The notes below the pieces were generated by a model, which saw nothing but the letters and a program-made list of their open reading frames with translations, was not told the DNA's origin and made no database searches. Made by a program: the position numbers and the translations under genes. A stretch of 64,000 bases of DNA from an uncultured Clostridia bacterium. GTDB lineage: Bacteria > Bacillota > Clostridia > TANB77 > CAG-508. Of this stretch, positions 30,898 to 41,347 are shown one piece after another (the first letter of the stretch is position 1; each line of letters opens with the position of its first letter). The stretch spans positions 332,688-396,687 of the forward strand of contig CAQUUC010000001.1 of NCBI GenBank assembly GCA_948896235.1, written 5' to 3'.

Positions 30898-31527
30898 ATG
30901 GATTATGAAGTAATGATGAACGGAAATGTACGTATTGGTATGTATGCACCCGATTTTGAAGCAGTTACTACTACGGGAAATATATCTTTAAATGATTACA
31001 AAGGAAAGTGGGTTGTGCTTTTTTCTCATCCAGGTGATTTTACCCCAGTTTGTACTACTGAAATGATTGCATTTGCTAAAGCTGATACATATTTCAAAAA
31101 CAAAAATACTTGTTTACTTGGACTTAGTGTTGATAGTAATGCATCTCACCTTGCTTGGATGTATGATATATATTGTAGAACTGGTATACGTATACCTTTT
31201 CCAATTATAGCAGATAGAAACGGAACTATTGCTAGAAAATATGGTATGATTTCAAATGATATTAGCAATACAGAAACTGTTAGAAATGTATTTATTATTG
31301 ATGATAAAGGAATCGTTCGTGCAATTTTAGTATATCCTATGAATGTTGGAAGATGTATTCCTGAAATTTTAAGATTACTAGAAGCATTACAAGTTGCTGA
31401 CTGCAATAAAGCATCAACTCCAGCTAATTGGTGTCCAAATGACCCAGTTATCGTACCATCGCCACAAACATTTACAGCATTAGAAGAAAGATTGCAAAAT
31501 ATTCGGAAAAAATCAAAATGGATTTAA
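30898..31527 (+). CDS. 1-Cys-type peroxiredoxin (AhpC/TSA, Prx6-like); conventional stop at 31527, but a +1 shift at in-frame CGG 31504..31506 would add a 41-codon conserved-looking C-terminal arm (to about 31623)
   Basis: FSHPGDFTPVCTTE peroxidatic-Cys motif; +1 continuation IGKNQNGFNWYLSYKK resembles the GE.ECLDWWFCWKK tail I recall for archaeal/bacterial Prx6-type enzymes. Confidence 0.7.
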   Translation: MDYEVMMNGNVRIGMYAPDFEAVTTTGNISLNDYKGKWVVLFSHPGDFTPVCTTEMIAFAKADTYFKNKNTCLLGLSVDSNASHLAWMYDIYCRTGIRIPFPIIADRNGTIARKYGMISNDISNTETVRNVFIIDDKGIVRAILVYPMNVGRCIPEILRLLEALQVADCNKASTPANWCPNDPVIVPSPQTFTALEERLQNIRKKSKWI

Positions 31528-31717
31528 CTGGTATTTAAGTTATAAAAAACCAGTAGAATGCTGTGATAGAAATATTGCTGAAAGTGATGTAAAAAAACTA
31601 GATAATAAATCTACAAATAAATAAAACTTTTACTATTATATTATTATAAAAATAGCCTTATATGTAAATACTAATACATATATAATTAAATATTCTTTAT
31701 AAATGGAGGCTATTTTT

Positions 31718-31882
31718 ATGGGAGAAAATCAAAAAATAAACTGTACTGTATCTAGTTGTAAATATAATAATGGAAATACACAAGAATGTACATTAAAACA
31801 AATTATAGTTACACCAGTAGAGGATTGCTCTACAAAAAATCCTGACGAATCTATGTGCAGTAGCTATGAATATAAAAAATAA
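31718..31882 (+). CDS. small Cys-rich protein, DUF1540-like (54 aa)
   Basis: RBS ATGGAGG; MGENQKINCTVSSCKYNNGNTQECTLKQIIV...DCS...MCSSYEYKK; not in ORF track. Confidence 0.45.
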   Translation: MGENQKINCTVSSCKYNNGNTQECTLKQIIVTPVEDCSTKNPDESMCSSYEYKK

Positions 31883-31883
31883 T

Positions 31884-31917
31884 AGAGGACTCCCCTCTAT
31901 TATTTTTTGTTTTTTAT
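31884..31917 (+). terminator. rho-independent terminator
   Basis: aatagagg / cctctatt stem then T-run. Confidence 0.5.
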
Positions 31918-31931
31918 ATTTTAGTATTATC

Positions 31932-32552
31932 TTAAACTAGAAATACTGGAATCCCTGTTGAATATGGTGCAATATCATATTGTTCAAAAAATATATTAAT
32001 ACCTTCTTTTGTTATATAATATTGATTTGGGTTAAAAGTTTCTAAGACCAATTCACAAGAATCATCGAAATAGTTTTCTTTTTCATTTGCAATTTGTAAA
32101 TTAATTTTTCTTAATATGTCCAACAAAAAATATGGATTACTATATAACATATAAAGACCAATCTGTCTTGCTACAGCCAAATTCCAGTTTTGTGATGTTC
32201 TTACTGTACTTCCATGAGCTCCTCCTGTAAAAGTATATTGGTCTTGATATAAACTTAATATTTTATCTTGATTATAAGTTATTTTAGTTTCAAGAATTAC
32301 CTCGAACACCATTACTGGATAACCCTGCTTTTTATTATATTCATACACTTCTTTCGCCTGTAAATATAACTCTCCCTCTATATACTGTTTTAAATCTTGA
32401 ACTATTCTCTCATTATACCTATTAAAAATATCTTTTCCTAATTTGTATCTTGAGCTTATTATTTGAGGATATTTTATTTTATAAGTTAGAATAGTCGTAT
32501 TATCATATTTCAATTCATTTTCAATTATATTTTCTTTTATTTCATTCATCAT
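31932..32552 (-). CDS. hypothetical protein, DUF3298/DUF4163-like (RsiV/PdaC C-terminal-type fold)
   Basis: TGGAHG motif; 206 aa; tentative. Confidence 0.3.
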   Translation of the reverse strand: MMNEIKENIIENELKYDNTTILTYKIKYPQIISSRYKLGKDIFNRYNERIVQDLKQYIEGELYLQAKEVYEYNKKQGYPVMVFEVILETKITYNQDKILSLYQDQYTFTGGAHGSTVRTSQNWNLAVARQIGLYMLYSNPYFLLDILRKINLQIANEKENYFDDSCELVLETFNPNQYYITKEGINIFFEQYDIAPYSTGIPVFLV

Positions 32553-32603
32553 AGAAAAACCTCCTAAAATAGTATATTCTATTTCAAGAGGTTTTGTTTT
32601 TCT

Positions 32604-32807
32604 TTATTTTCTATACTCTAATATATCTCCTGGTTGACAATCCAATACTTCACATATTTTTTCTAAAGTTGAAAACCTAATAGCCTTCCCTTTATTAGTT
32701 TTAAGAATTGATAAATTTGCTGTTGTAATACCTATCTTTTCTGCAAGTTCAGAAGAAGAGATTTTTCTTTTGGCCATCATAACATCTAAATTAACTATAA
32801 TTCCCAT
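32604..32807 (-). CDS. XRE-family helix-turn-helix transcriptional regulator (YozG-like)
   Basis: ISSSELAEKIGITTANLSILKTNKGKAIRFSTLEKICEVLDCQPGDILEY. Confidence 0.75.
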   Translation of the reverse strand: MGIIVNLDVMMAKRKISSSELAEKIGITTANLSILKTNKGKAIRFSTLEKICEVLDCQPGDILEYRK

Positions 32808-32820
32808 CTCTCTCCTCCTT

Positions 32821-33279
32821 TTATATTGTTAAATCATTTTCTTCTTTATATTCTATTGCCTTTTGTAAAAGTTCTGCAAGTATATATAATCCAAGCCAAG
32901 CTATTATAAATACTCCAACAATAATTATTCCAAATATAGAATTGGTAACTAAAAACATTCCTCCCCCATATTCTATAGCAATTATTAAAGAACAAATTGA
33001 TGAAATTTTTAATGCCTTTACATTACTTTCTATAAATGGATTATCTTCTTTTAATGAACCAAATAATTTTATAAATTCATATACTATAATAATTGCAGGA
33101 ATACCAGATACATATAAAAGTATTAATGCTGGATAATACTCTAATGCTGGATTTATGTATTGTATATATTTTTGTAAAAATAATGGTAATAATACAAGTA
33201 CAATAATGCCAATTCCTATTAAAATCTGTAAAAATATCTTAATTAAACTTGAAATACTTTTCTTTCCTGTTACCTTCAT
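32821..33279 (-). CDS. DUF2975-family membrane protein (typical partner of YozG-like HTH)
   Basis: 4 TM helices, 152 aa, immediately upstream of and co-oriented with the HTH gene. Confidence 0.5.
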   Translation of the reverse strand: MKVTGKKSISSLIKIFLQILIGIGIIVLVLLPLFLQKYIQYINPALEYYPALILLYVSGIPAIIIVYEFIKLFGSLKEDNPFIESNVKALKISSICSLIIAIEYGGGMFLVTNSIFGIIIVGVFIIAWLGLYILAELLQKAIEYKEENDLTI

Positions 33280-33357
33280 ACTATTCTCCTATTTTTGTAT
33301 GTTTGATTATTTATATTATTCTAAAAAAACATACTCACTTTTATACTTTTTTAAATG

Positions 33358-34896
33358 TTATAAATACTCATAATATCTGCTATCATTTTTATAGTTATAT
33401 TGTATATAACTTAAATTCATTTCTTTTAATATATCTTTTGCTCTTTGTTTTGATATATTAAACTGTTGCCAATTGCTTTCTTCTTTTACAGCATTATATT
33501 GATTATATAAGTAGTTGTTAATTTCCCTTTTTAATTTTTCATCACTAACATTATTATAAAGTCTTACAATTTCTGGTATAGCATCTGTTCCTGTGTTATA
33601 TCTTAAATAACTAAAATCAATTTCTCGTTTAGCTGATATATCATTTTGTTCTATGTATCTATTAACGTTTTTTCTGGCAATTGTGGCATCAATATTTATA
33701 AAGTTAACTACTGTATACATGGTAATAGCTATAATAAAATATGTTTTAAATATATTAAATTTGCCTTTAATAATGTAAACAATTGTAGGTATTATCATTA
33801 TAATTTCTGTTATCAAAATTACATAAACCATTAATCTTAGAAATGTATAACCATATTCTCTTTCATATAAGCTCATTCTCATAAATGCTGATACAGCAAT
33901 AATAATTGTAAATACTGCCATTAGTACATTCATAATCTTAGTATATTTATTTTCTACATTTTTCTCTTTATTGTTCGAATTTGTAATAATAATTATTACA
34001 AAATTAATAAATGATACAAACATAAGTTGGAAAAAACCTTGTCTTGCATATTTTGCAAACTCAAAATCCCCTGCTATGCTTAATGGATTTATAAATAAAT
34101 ATCTTAGTACATATAAAATCTGAATTGAGCTGAATAATAAATACACAACATTAATTATAGTAAGAACTGTATTTACTATTGTTCCATCAACTTTAAGATT
34201 CCAAGTAAATGAACCAGATTTTTCACTATTTAGAGTACTTTCTTTAAACACTATGTTATAGATAATACATACAAGATATATAGTTACAATTCCTGCAAGT
34301 ATAACTCTTAACCAAAATTCAATGTTAAAAATATACATTATTTGATCATATATTCCACCAAACATATTTGCAAAAATTCCATCTGCTGATATCAGCAATG
34401 CAAGTATTATAACTAGTAATGGTAAAGAACATAATACTCCAATTCCAATTTGTTTTATCTTCTTATTTTTAATTTCTTCGCTATTATTCTTAAATAAAAA
34501 TGCTGCTTTTATGATCTTTAGTGCATTTGGTATAAACTCTAAAGATCCTATCACTAAATTTATAGACTTTCCTAATAATGTCCTTACTTTAAAAGTATCA
34601 ACTGTAGCCCATACAATCATTGTGCCTAATAAAATAGGAATAGCCATCATATTTACTACATTAAAAAATTCATTATTAAAAAACAAGTATGTACTACTTA
34701 ATAATAAAATTGGTATAGTTAAATATAAAGCTTTTTCATTTTTAATTTTGTTATGTTTTTTAAGCATTGTAATAAGTAAAAATACTGTAGGTATAGCAAA
34801 TAAAAGTACAGATATACCTAAATCCTGTCCAAAAAATAAAATTGAATGTACAACACTTAAAAATAAACTTCCATATACTGCTTTTCGCATATACAC
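33358..34896 (-). CDS. large polytopic membrane protein (DUF4153/DUF4173-like)
   Basis: about 12 TM helices, 512 aa; family tentative. Confidence 0.3.
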   Translation of the reverse strand: MYMRKAVYGSLFLSVVHSILFFGQDLGISVLLFAIPTVFLLITMLKKHNKIKNEKALYLTIPILLLSSTYLFFNNEFFNVVNMMAIPILLGTMIVWATVDTFKVRTLLGKSINLVIGSLEFIPNALKIIKAAFLFKNNSEEIKNKKIKQIGIGVLCSLPLLVIILALLISADGIFANMFGGIYDQIMYIFNIEFWLRVILAGIVTIYLVCIIYNIVFKESTLNSEKSGSFTWNLKVDGTIVNTVLTIINVVYLLFSSIQILYVLRYLFINPLSIAGDFEFAKYARQGFFQLMFVSFINFVIIIITNSNNKEKNVENKYTKIMNVLMAVFTIIIAVSAFMRMSLYEREYGYTFLRLMVYVILITEIIMIIPTIVYIIKGKFNIFKTYFIIAITMYTVVNFINIDATIARKNVNRYIEQNDISAKREIDFSYLRYNTGTDAIPEIVRLYNNVSDEKLKREINNYLYNQYNAVKEESNWQQFNISKQRAKDILKEMNLSYIQYNYKNDSRYYEYL

Positions 34897-35035
34897 CCCT
34901 CCTAAACTATTGACATTATATATATAGTATTTTTGTTTGTCAATACTTTTTTATTGTTTTTCGATAATTTTTATTTTCTTAATTTTACAAAAAAAGAATG
35001 TGATAGTACACATTCTTAAAATAGATGACAAGAAA

Positions 35036-35365
35036 TTACTTTATCATATCTAATATTTCTTCTTTGCTTCTTACACCAACAGCTTGGTTTACTAATTTAC
35101 CATTATTAATTACTACAAGAGTTGGTATACTCATTATACTAAAAGACTTAGCTAATTCTTGTTCTTCATCTACATTTATTTTTCCTACTTTTACTCTTCC
35201 TTCAACTTCTTCTGCAACAGCATCTACAATTGGTGATACCATTTTACAAGGTCCACACCAACTTGCCCAAAAATCTAATAATACTGGTACATTTGATTTA
35301 AAAACCTCTTCCTCAAAATTTTTACTTGTAATTTTTATTACTGACATCTTCATTTCTCCCTTCAC
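35036..35365 (-). CDS. trxA: thioredoxin
   Basis: WASWCGPCK active site. Confidence 0.9.
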   Translation of the reverse strand: MKGEMKMSVIKITSKNFEEEVFKSNVPVLLDFWASWCGPCKMVSPIVDAVAEEVEGRVKVGKINVDEEQELAKSFSIMSIPTLVVINNGKLVNQAVGVRSKEEILDMIK

Positions 35366-35916
35366 ATTATATTATTTATATTTTTTTGTAAAGTTTCTAA
35401 ATTAATCATACCTTGATGTATACGATTAATTTGAAAATCTTTATTTATAAACATAGTTATTGGATAACCTGTTATTCTATAAGTAGTTATAGCATTTCCA
35501 TTTATATCATAATATATAGGAAATGTATATCCTTGCGCAGTTATATATTTATTAACTTCAGTTTTATCATCTTCTATTGTTGAATTCACCATTAAAAATA
35601 CAACTTCATCTTTATATTGATTATATAATTCTTGAAAAGATTTCATTTCTACTTTACAATATCCACACCAAGTAGTCCAAAAATTTATTACTATTGGTTT
35701 TCCTCTAAATGATGATAATTTTACCTCTTCATCTTTATCGTTGTATACACTAAAATCTTTTGCTTGATTTATAATAGTCTCTTGTGATTCTATATTTTCT
35801 CTTTGTGCTTCCTCGTTTTGAAAATTAGTATTTAAAATAGTATATACTCTACTTATACCAATCATTACTAAAATAAAAATTATAAAAACTATTATATATT
35901 TTAACTTCTTATCCAT
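35362..35916 (-). CDS. membrane-anchored thiol-disulfide oxidoreductase (TlpA/ResA-like)
   Basis: N-terminal TM, WTTWCGYCK thioredoxin-fold motif. Confidence 0.75.
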   Translation of the reverse strand: MDKKLKYIIVFIIFILVMIGISRVYTILNTNFQNEEAQRENIESQETIINQAKDFSVYNDKDEEVKLSSFRGKPIVINFWTTWCGYCKVEMKSFQELYNQYKDEVVFLMVNSTIEDDKTEVNKYITAQGYTFPIYYDINGNAITTYRITGYPITMFINKDFQINRIHQGMINLETLQKNINNIM

Positions 35917-35926
35917 TTTAATTCTC

Positions 35927-36601
35927 CTATATACTTAGCAAAGATAAAAAATATCTCATATACCCTGTTATCATTAATATTCCAATTACTATCAAGAATA
36001 TTCCACATATTTTATTAATTATATCATAATGTGTTTTTATAAAGTCAAAGGCTGTTTTTAATTTATGAATTAAAAATGCACTTATCAAAAATGGAATAGC
36101 AAGTCCTAGCGAAAAACATAATAGCATAATGGTTCCTTTTATTATATGGCTTGCAGTGGCTGCTAACATTAAAGCACTACCAAGAAATGTTCCCACACAA
36201 GGTGTCCAAGTTATAGAAAAAATAATACCTAACATTAAAGAGCTTATAAAATTTAAATTCTTTGTATTAGCTTTAATTCCACCTTTTGAATTATTTAGCA
36301 TTTTTATATTTATAATACCTATAAAATTTAATCCAAACAATATCATGATAACTCCAAAAACAATTTGAAGAATTTGATTATATTGTTTTAACACAACACC
36401 AATACTACTTGCAAATGTTCCTAGCATAACAAAAACCATCGTAAAGCCTAATACAAATCCTATTGCATTTTTAATTGTTTGTGCTTTATTATTAGCGATT
36501 TCTCCACCCGCAAAATAAGATATGTATATTGGTAACATTGGTAATAAGCAAGGGGAAATAAAAGTAATAATTCCCTCTAAAAATGACATAATGTATTCCA
36601 T
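35927..36601 (-). CDS. ccdA: cytochrome c biogenesis / thiol-disulfide transporter CcdA (DsbD family)
   Basis: FISPCLLPMLP and TPCVG Cys motifs in TM helices. Confidence 0.8.
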   Translation of the reverse strand: MEYIMSFLEGIITFISPCLLPMLPIYISYFAGGEIANNKAQTIKNAIGFVLGFTMVFVMLGTFASSIGVVLKQYNQILQIVFGVIMILFGLNFIGIINIKMLNNSKGGIKANTKNLNFISSLMLGIIFSITWTPCVGTFLGSALMLAATASHIIKGTIMLLCFSLGLAIPFLISAFLIHKLKTAFDFIKTHYDIINKICGIFLIVIGILMITGYMRYFLSLLSI

Positions 36602-36634
36602 ATTTTCCTTCTTTCATAGTAAATTAATGTATAA

Positions 36635-37512
36635 TCATTTAATAGAACGCAAATATTTTATTGTACTTAACCCTGCTTCTGCTCCTTCATATACTGCTTT
36701 AGAAATTTGTAATAATCCTCCTGTACAATCTCCACAAGCAAATATACCGTGGCACATTTGTTGCCATATTTCCATCTACAATAATATTATTCTCTTTTAT
36801 TATAACACCTAATTTTCTTGCTAAAGCAGTACTTGATGCTACACCTACTGCTACAAATAGCCCTTCTGTATCTATTATTTTACCGTCTTTAAACTTTATA
36901 CCTAAAACTCTATCTTCTCCTATAATTTCTTCTATTTTTTCTTCCTTAATAGAAAAATTATCATAATTAATGCTTCTATTTTCTACAAGTGTTTCTCCAT
37001 TCGTTAATATTGATACAGATTTTACAACTGGAAGTAATGTATTTGCTTCTTCTAAGGCATAATCTCCGCTTCCTAGTATACTAACATCTCTATTCCTATA
37101 AAAGAAAGCATCACAAACCGCACAATAACTTACACCTTTACCTTCAAATTCTTTGATACCTTTAATATTGGGAGTTTTCCTACTTGCACCTGTTGCAAGA
37201 ATAATACATTTAGCTTCAAACCTATTGTTTCTCGTTTTAACTATGTACTTATTGTCTCCAAACTCTAGTCCAACAACTTCATCTGTTTCTACCTCAATTC
37301 CAAGCCTTTTAGCTTGATCAATTCCCTTTAGTAAAAGTTCTTTTCCAGATATAGTATTGGTAAATCCGTAGTAATTATCAATACTTTTAGTCTTTTCTAA
37401 TGCTCCTCCGGTCTTTTCCTATAACCAAGGCATTAAAGCCAGCTCTTTTAATATACAGACCAGCTGATATTCCTGCTGGTCCTTTTCCTATAATAATAAC
37501 ATCATAAAGCAT
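36635..37512 (-). CDS. trxB: thioredoxin-disulfide reductase (requires +1 at in-frame CGG at plus 37408..37410 and 36757..36759)
   Basis: MLYDVIIIGKGPAGISAGLY FAD motif; CAVCD redox centre; after the second shift ...NVPGIFACGDCTGGLLQISKAVYEGAEAG NADPH/FAD motifs appear. Confidence 0.8.
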
Positions 37513-37552
37513 ATTTCCACCTTACCCATTTAATTATTTACTATTGTAAAAT

Positions 37553-39022
37553 TTAGTATATAAACATATGAACAGTATCCCCTACTATTATAATTTGTTC
37601 ATCATTATAATATTCCCATATTTTATCTTTAAAATAATCTTCTTCTATTTTTTCATCCTTCTCTACATTTTCTAGCTTTCTATTTAAGTAATAATTAATT
37701 GCATTTAATCTAGACCATTCTGGATAAAAAGCTTTTATATTTGTATCACCATTCACAAATAGTTTTGGATAAGTATACTTTTTAGAATTTCCTTCATAAA
37801 AAGAAATTTTTGAAACTTTATTTTGAGTCTCTTTTTCATAATTTTCTATTTTCTCTTGTATTTGCATAATTGTATAATTGTCTATATAATTTAGAATATA
37901 TCTATCTCTTGATATATTTTGGAAGCTAACATATTGTATAGAAAGGTATATAACTAAAGCTATTAATAATACTTTTTCTAATTTAACATTTACCTCTGTA
38001 TTCATAAACAAATATACTAGTAAAATTCCAAGTAAAGCAGCAAATGTATAGGTGCTTCTTGGCACAAACCATATAGAAGCTGTATTTTGCATTATCTGCG
38101 GAAAAATTGTAACCACAAAATTTCCAATTACTATCATAATCATTCCCAATATTAGCCAAATTTTCTTTTTGCCTTTTATGTTGTTTTTTACTATATTGTA
38201 AACAATAATTAATGATAATATAGCTACCAAAGTCATAAATAAGTATTTAGGCATAATTTCAAAGGTAGAAAGCATCATACTTTTTGTGCCTGTAATAATT
38301 TTAGTTATAGACTCTAAAAAATTATTTGCCCCATTTACTCTATTGTTAACAAAAATAAATCTTACACTAACATAATTTATTAGCGCTGGTATTCCATATC
38401 CCAAACCTGTTACAATAGTGTTTGTTACAAAAGACTTTAAGTCTTTTGTATATTTTACTATATATAGTAAGGCTATAGAAACAAATATCCCTACTGTTCC
38501 TTGGTATGAAAAGTTTGCAAGTAACATATATAGAAAAACCCAAACCAAAGATTTTTTATCACCTTCGAAATATTTAATAAGTTTTTCTACTGCACATACA
38601 CAAAACAAAATAGATAACATTAATATGCCTTTTTCAATAAACAAATATAATTCAATTGAAAAAATATTTATTATAATTAGTACTGCAGCAAGTATTGAAA
38701 TAGCTTTTGATTTAATATCTTTAGAAAATATATTTTCTAATTTATAAATTGAAATACTTGTACTTATAATGGCTAATATAAATGATACAATGTAAGCTAT
38801 ATTATTACTCAAACTAAACACTTTATATACTGCATACCAACAAGCAGTAACTAATCTTCCTGATGATATAAAATGTATTAGCATATTTTTAAAAGGTGTC
38901 TCTAATACGCTATATGTGTCTGTTGCATATTCCATTTTACAAAATATTCCAAAGAAGGTAACACATATTAGTATATATAAATAAAAATTTTTATTTTTTA
39001 ACATTTCTTTAATTTGTTTCAT
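37553..39022 (-). CDS. polytopic membrane protein, putative GtrII/ArnT-like glycosyltransferase of the glycan cluster
   Basis: 489 aa, more than 10 TM helices, cluster context. Confidence 0.3.
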   Translation of the reverse strand: MKQIKEMLKNKNFYLYILICVTFFGIFCKMEYATDTYSVLETPFKNMLIHFISSGRLVTACWYAVYKVFSLSNNIAYIVSFILAIISTSISIYKLENIFSKDIKSKAISILAAVLIIINIFSIELYLFIEKGILMLSILFCVCAVEKLIKYFEGDKKSLVWVFLYMLLANFSYQGTVGIFVSIALLYIVKYTKDLKSFVTNTIVTGLGYGIPALINYVSVRFIFVNNRVNGANNFLESITKIITGTKSMMLSTFEIMPKYLFMTLVAILSLIIVYNIVKNNIKGKKKIWLILGMIMIVIGNFVVTIFPQIMQNTASIWFVPRSTYTFAALLGILLVYLFMNTEVNVKLEKVLLIALVIYLSIQYVSFQNISRDRYILNYIDNYTIMQIQEKIENYEKETQNKVSKISFYEGNSKKYTYPKLFVNGDTNIKAFYPEWSRLNAINYYLNRKLENVEKDEKIEEDYFKDKIWEYYNDEQIIIVGDTVHMFIY

Positions 39023-39023
39023 T

Positions 39024-41291
39024 TTAACCTCTTCCTAAAAGATGTTTTACTGTTTGTATTATTCCAAGCTTTTGTAAAAGTTTTATAAATCCTCTCCATA
39101 ATGGTATATTCCATAATCTTTCTTTTACAATAGATCTTTTGGTATGTGATGCATCTGGATAAAAAGTTCTATTATATTCATCACATAACCAAGAGTATTC
39201 CTTTTCATTTGCTAAAAAGCTCATATTTATTAGTTCTTTTGTTATTTCAAGATTATTTTTTAATCCTTCACCATTTTGTACCTTTTCTTCATTTGGTGAT
39301 TTTACTGTATTTTCAAATATATTAGACATTTTTTGTATCATATGATTAATTGTAAATCCATCTAATATTTTTTTTCTACAATTTGATTTATAAAATTCTA
39401 AATTTCCTAACGCTTTATTAATTGCGTGAACATAGTTTTGTATTTCTTCTGGTTTATATTTAAAATTTTTTATTTCAGTTTCTTTTTGTAAGCAAGGCAC
39501 AATTACTCCTACATCATTAGAAATTAATTCTTTTTGTCCTCCAACATCGCTTGATATAACTGGTACTCCCATAGCAAGTGACTCATATGATGTAAGCGCT
39601 ACCCCTTCCTTAATAGAACAATTTAATGTTAAATCGCTTATAGCATAAATTTCCTTTGTTTTAGTAATGTTTCCTAAAAACATTATATTATCCATTAATT
39701 GTAATTTTCTTGCTTCAGCTTTTATACTAGAAAGCATATTTCCTTCTCCAACAACTAAAACTAAAAAGTCATTTCTTTCTTGTTTTAAGGCCTTTATAAT
39801 TTGCATAAGCAAATGTGGTCTTTTTTGGTCTGCAATTCTACAAATATAACTAATAATAAATCTTCCATTTCTATTAATATTATATTTTTTCAAAAGTTCT
39901 TCTTTGTTGTAATTTTCAGGATTAAATTCTTTTTCATCTACACCAATATAAACTGTTTCTACATCGCTTTCATTTCTTTTAAAATAGTCTATTAATATAT
40001 TTTCACTATTTTTATTACATAATAAGGTTTTATCTATAACAGATTGTACCATACTAGAATCTCTAGAGTATCCACCATTTCTATTGTACCATTCTTCCAT
40101 ATGGATATAATCTACAATTGGAACTTTAGGATATTTAGCTTTTATATATGGAAGCATTGAATAGCCAAACTTACAATTTGTATTAAAGATTAGATTGATA
40201 TTATTTTTCTTTATAATATAATTAATAAAGCTTGTCCAATATTTTTTATCTAAGAAAGTAGTTAAATCATATACAGTAGCATTTTTTTCAAACTCCTGTC
40301 TATAAGTATTTACTGTTGGCTCTGTGGTAATAATAGTAATATCAAATTTTTCTTTATCAAGACCTGTTAATAAATCTAAATTAAATTTATCTGCTCCACC
40401 TGTAACCATCCAAGGAATCATCATTAATATATTTATTTTTCCATTTACAGTATATTTTACATCTGGAATACTTCCTACATTTTCTACAATTCCATCCCAA
40501 TTATAATCTTGTTTTGGATATTGTATTGCTTCAACCCTTTTTGTTATAGTTGCTGCTGTATTTTTAATTATTTCTAATGCTCTTTCTTTATTTTCTCTTG
40601 ATTTTGCAAGCTCTCCTTGTTCTTTTCTTCTATACCAAATCCCATAATAATTCATATGAACAGGAAAGTTTCCTTTTGCAATTTGTTTTAGCCAAAAATT
40701 CCAGTCTTCATTTACAGCCTTTTCTCTTAATTCATATCCATTAACTTGGGAAAATGCCTCTTTTCTTATTATACATGCCTCAACTAAATTGTTTTCTTTT
40801 TTTAGTTTTTCAGAATCAAACCATGTATTCCAAGTATATTCCATACTATCAAATCCGATTGAATCCGAATATGCCCAAGCCGCTTTTTTATTTGTTTCCA
40901 AGGTCCAATATCCACATTCTATAAAGGTTTTATCTAATAAGTCATCAGAATCACAAAATACTAGATATTTTGTACTTTCAGATGCTTGTTTTGCTCCATA
41001 ATCTCTCGTTGCAGAAAGTCCTTCATTTTCTTTATGAAATACCTTTATTCTTTTATCTTTTTTTGCAACTTCTTCAAGTTTTAGTAAACTTTCCTCATCT
41101 TTTGAGCCATCATCTATTATCAATAATTCAAAAAGTGGAAATGTTTGATTTAATATTGCATTAACAGATTGTTCAATATAGTCCTTATCATTATAAAAAG
41201 GTATAATAACAGAAACTACTGGTTCTTTTATTTCATATTCCTTTTTTTCTAGTAATTTACCTGGTTCTTGTGAATAATCAAATTTTTTCAT
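39024..41291 (-). CDS. bifunctional glycosyltransferase (N-terminal GT2 domain plus C-terminal GT4/GT1 domain)
   Basis: VSVIIPFYNDKDYIEQSVNAILNQTFPLFELLIIDDGSKDE (GT2) and ...GVPVISSDVGGQKELI (GT1). Confidence 0.7.
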   Translation of the reverse strand: MKKFDYSQEPGKLLEKKEYEIKEPVVSVIIPFYNDKDYIEQSVNAILNQTFPLFELLIIDDGSKDEESLLKLEEVAKKDKRIKVFHKENEGLSATRDYGAKQASESTKYLVFCDSDDLLDKTFIECGYWTLETNKKAAWAYSDSIGFDSMEYTWNTWFDSEKLKKENNLVEACIIRKEAFSQVNGYELREKAVNEDWNFWLKQIAKGNFPVHMNYYGIWYRRKEQGELAKSRENKERALEIIKNTAATITKRVEAIQYPKQDYNWDGIVENVGSIPDVKYTVNGKINILMMIPWMVTGGADKFNLDLLTGLDKEKFDITIITTEPTVNTYRQEFEKNATVYDLTTFLDKKYWTSFINYIIKKNNINLIFNTNCKFGYSMLPYIKAKYPKVPIVDYIHMEEWYNRNGGYSRDSSMVQSVIDKTLLCNKNSENILIDYFKRNESDVETVYIGVDEKEFNPENYNKEELLKKYNINRNGRFIISYICRIADQKRPHLLMQIIKALKQERNDFLVLVVGEGNMLSSIKAEARKLQLMDNIMFLGNITKTKEIYAISDLTLNCSIKEGVALTSYESLAMGVPVISSDVGGQKELISNDVGVIVPCLQKETEIKNFKYKPEEIQNYVHAINKALGNLEFYKSNCRKKILDGFTINHMIQKMSNIFENTVKSPNEEKVQNGEGLKNNLEITKELINMSFLANEKEYSWLCDEYNRTFYPDASHTKRSIVKERLWNIPLWRGFIKLLQKLGIIQTVKHLLGRG

Positions 41292-41347
41292 TTTACACGT
41301 CCTTTTTTATTTATATTTCCCCTTTTATTTTTTGTTATAAATAATAC

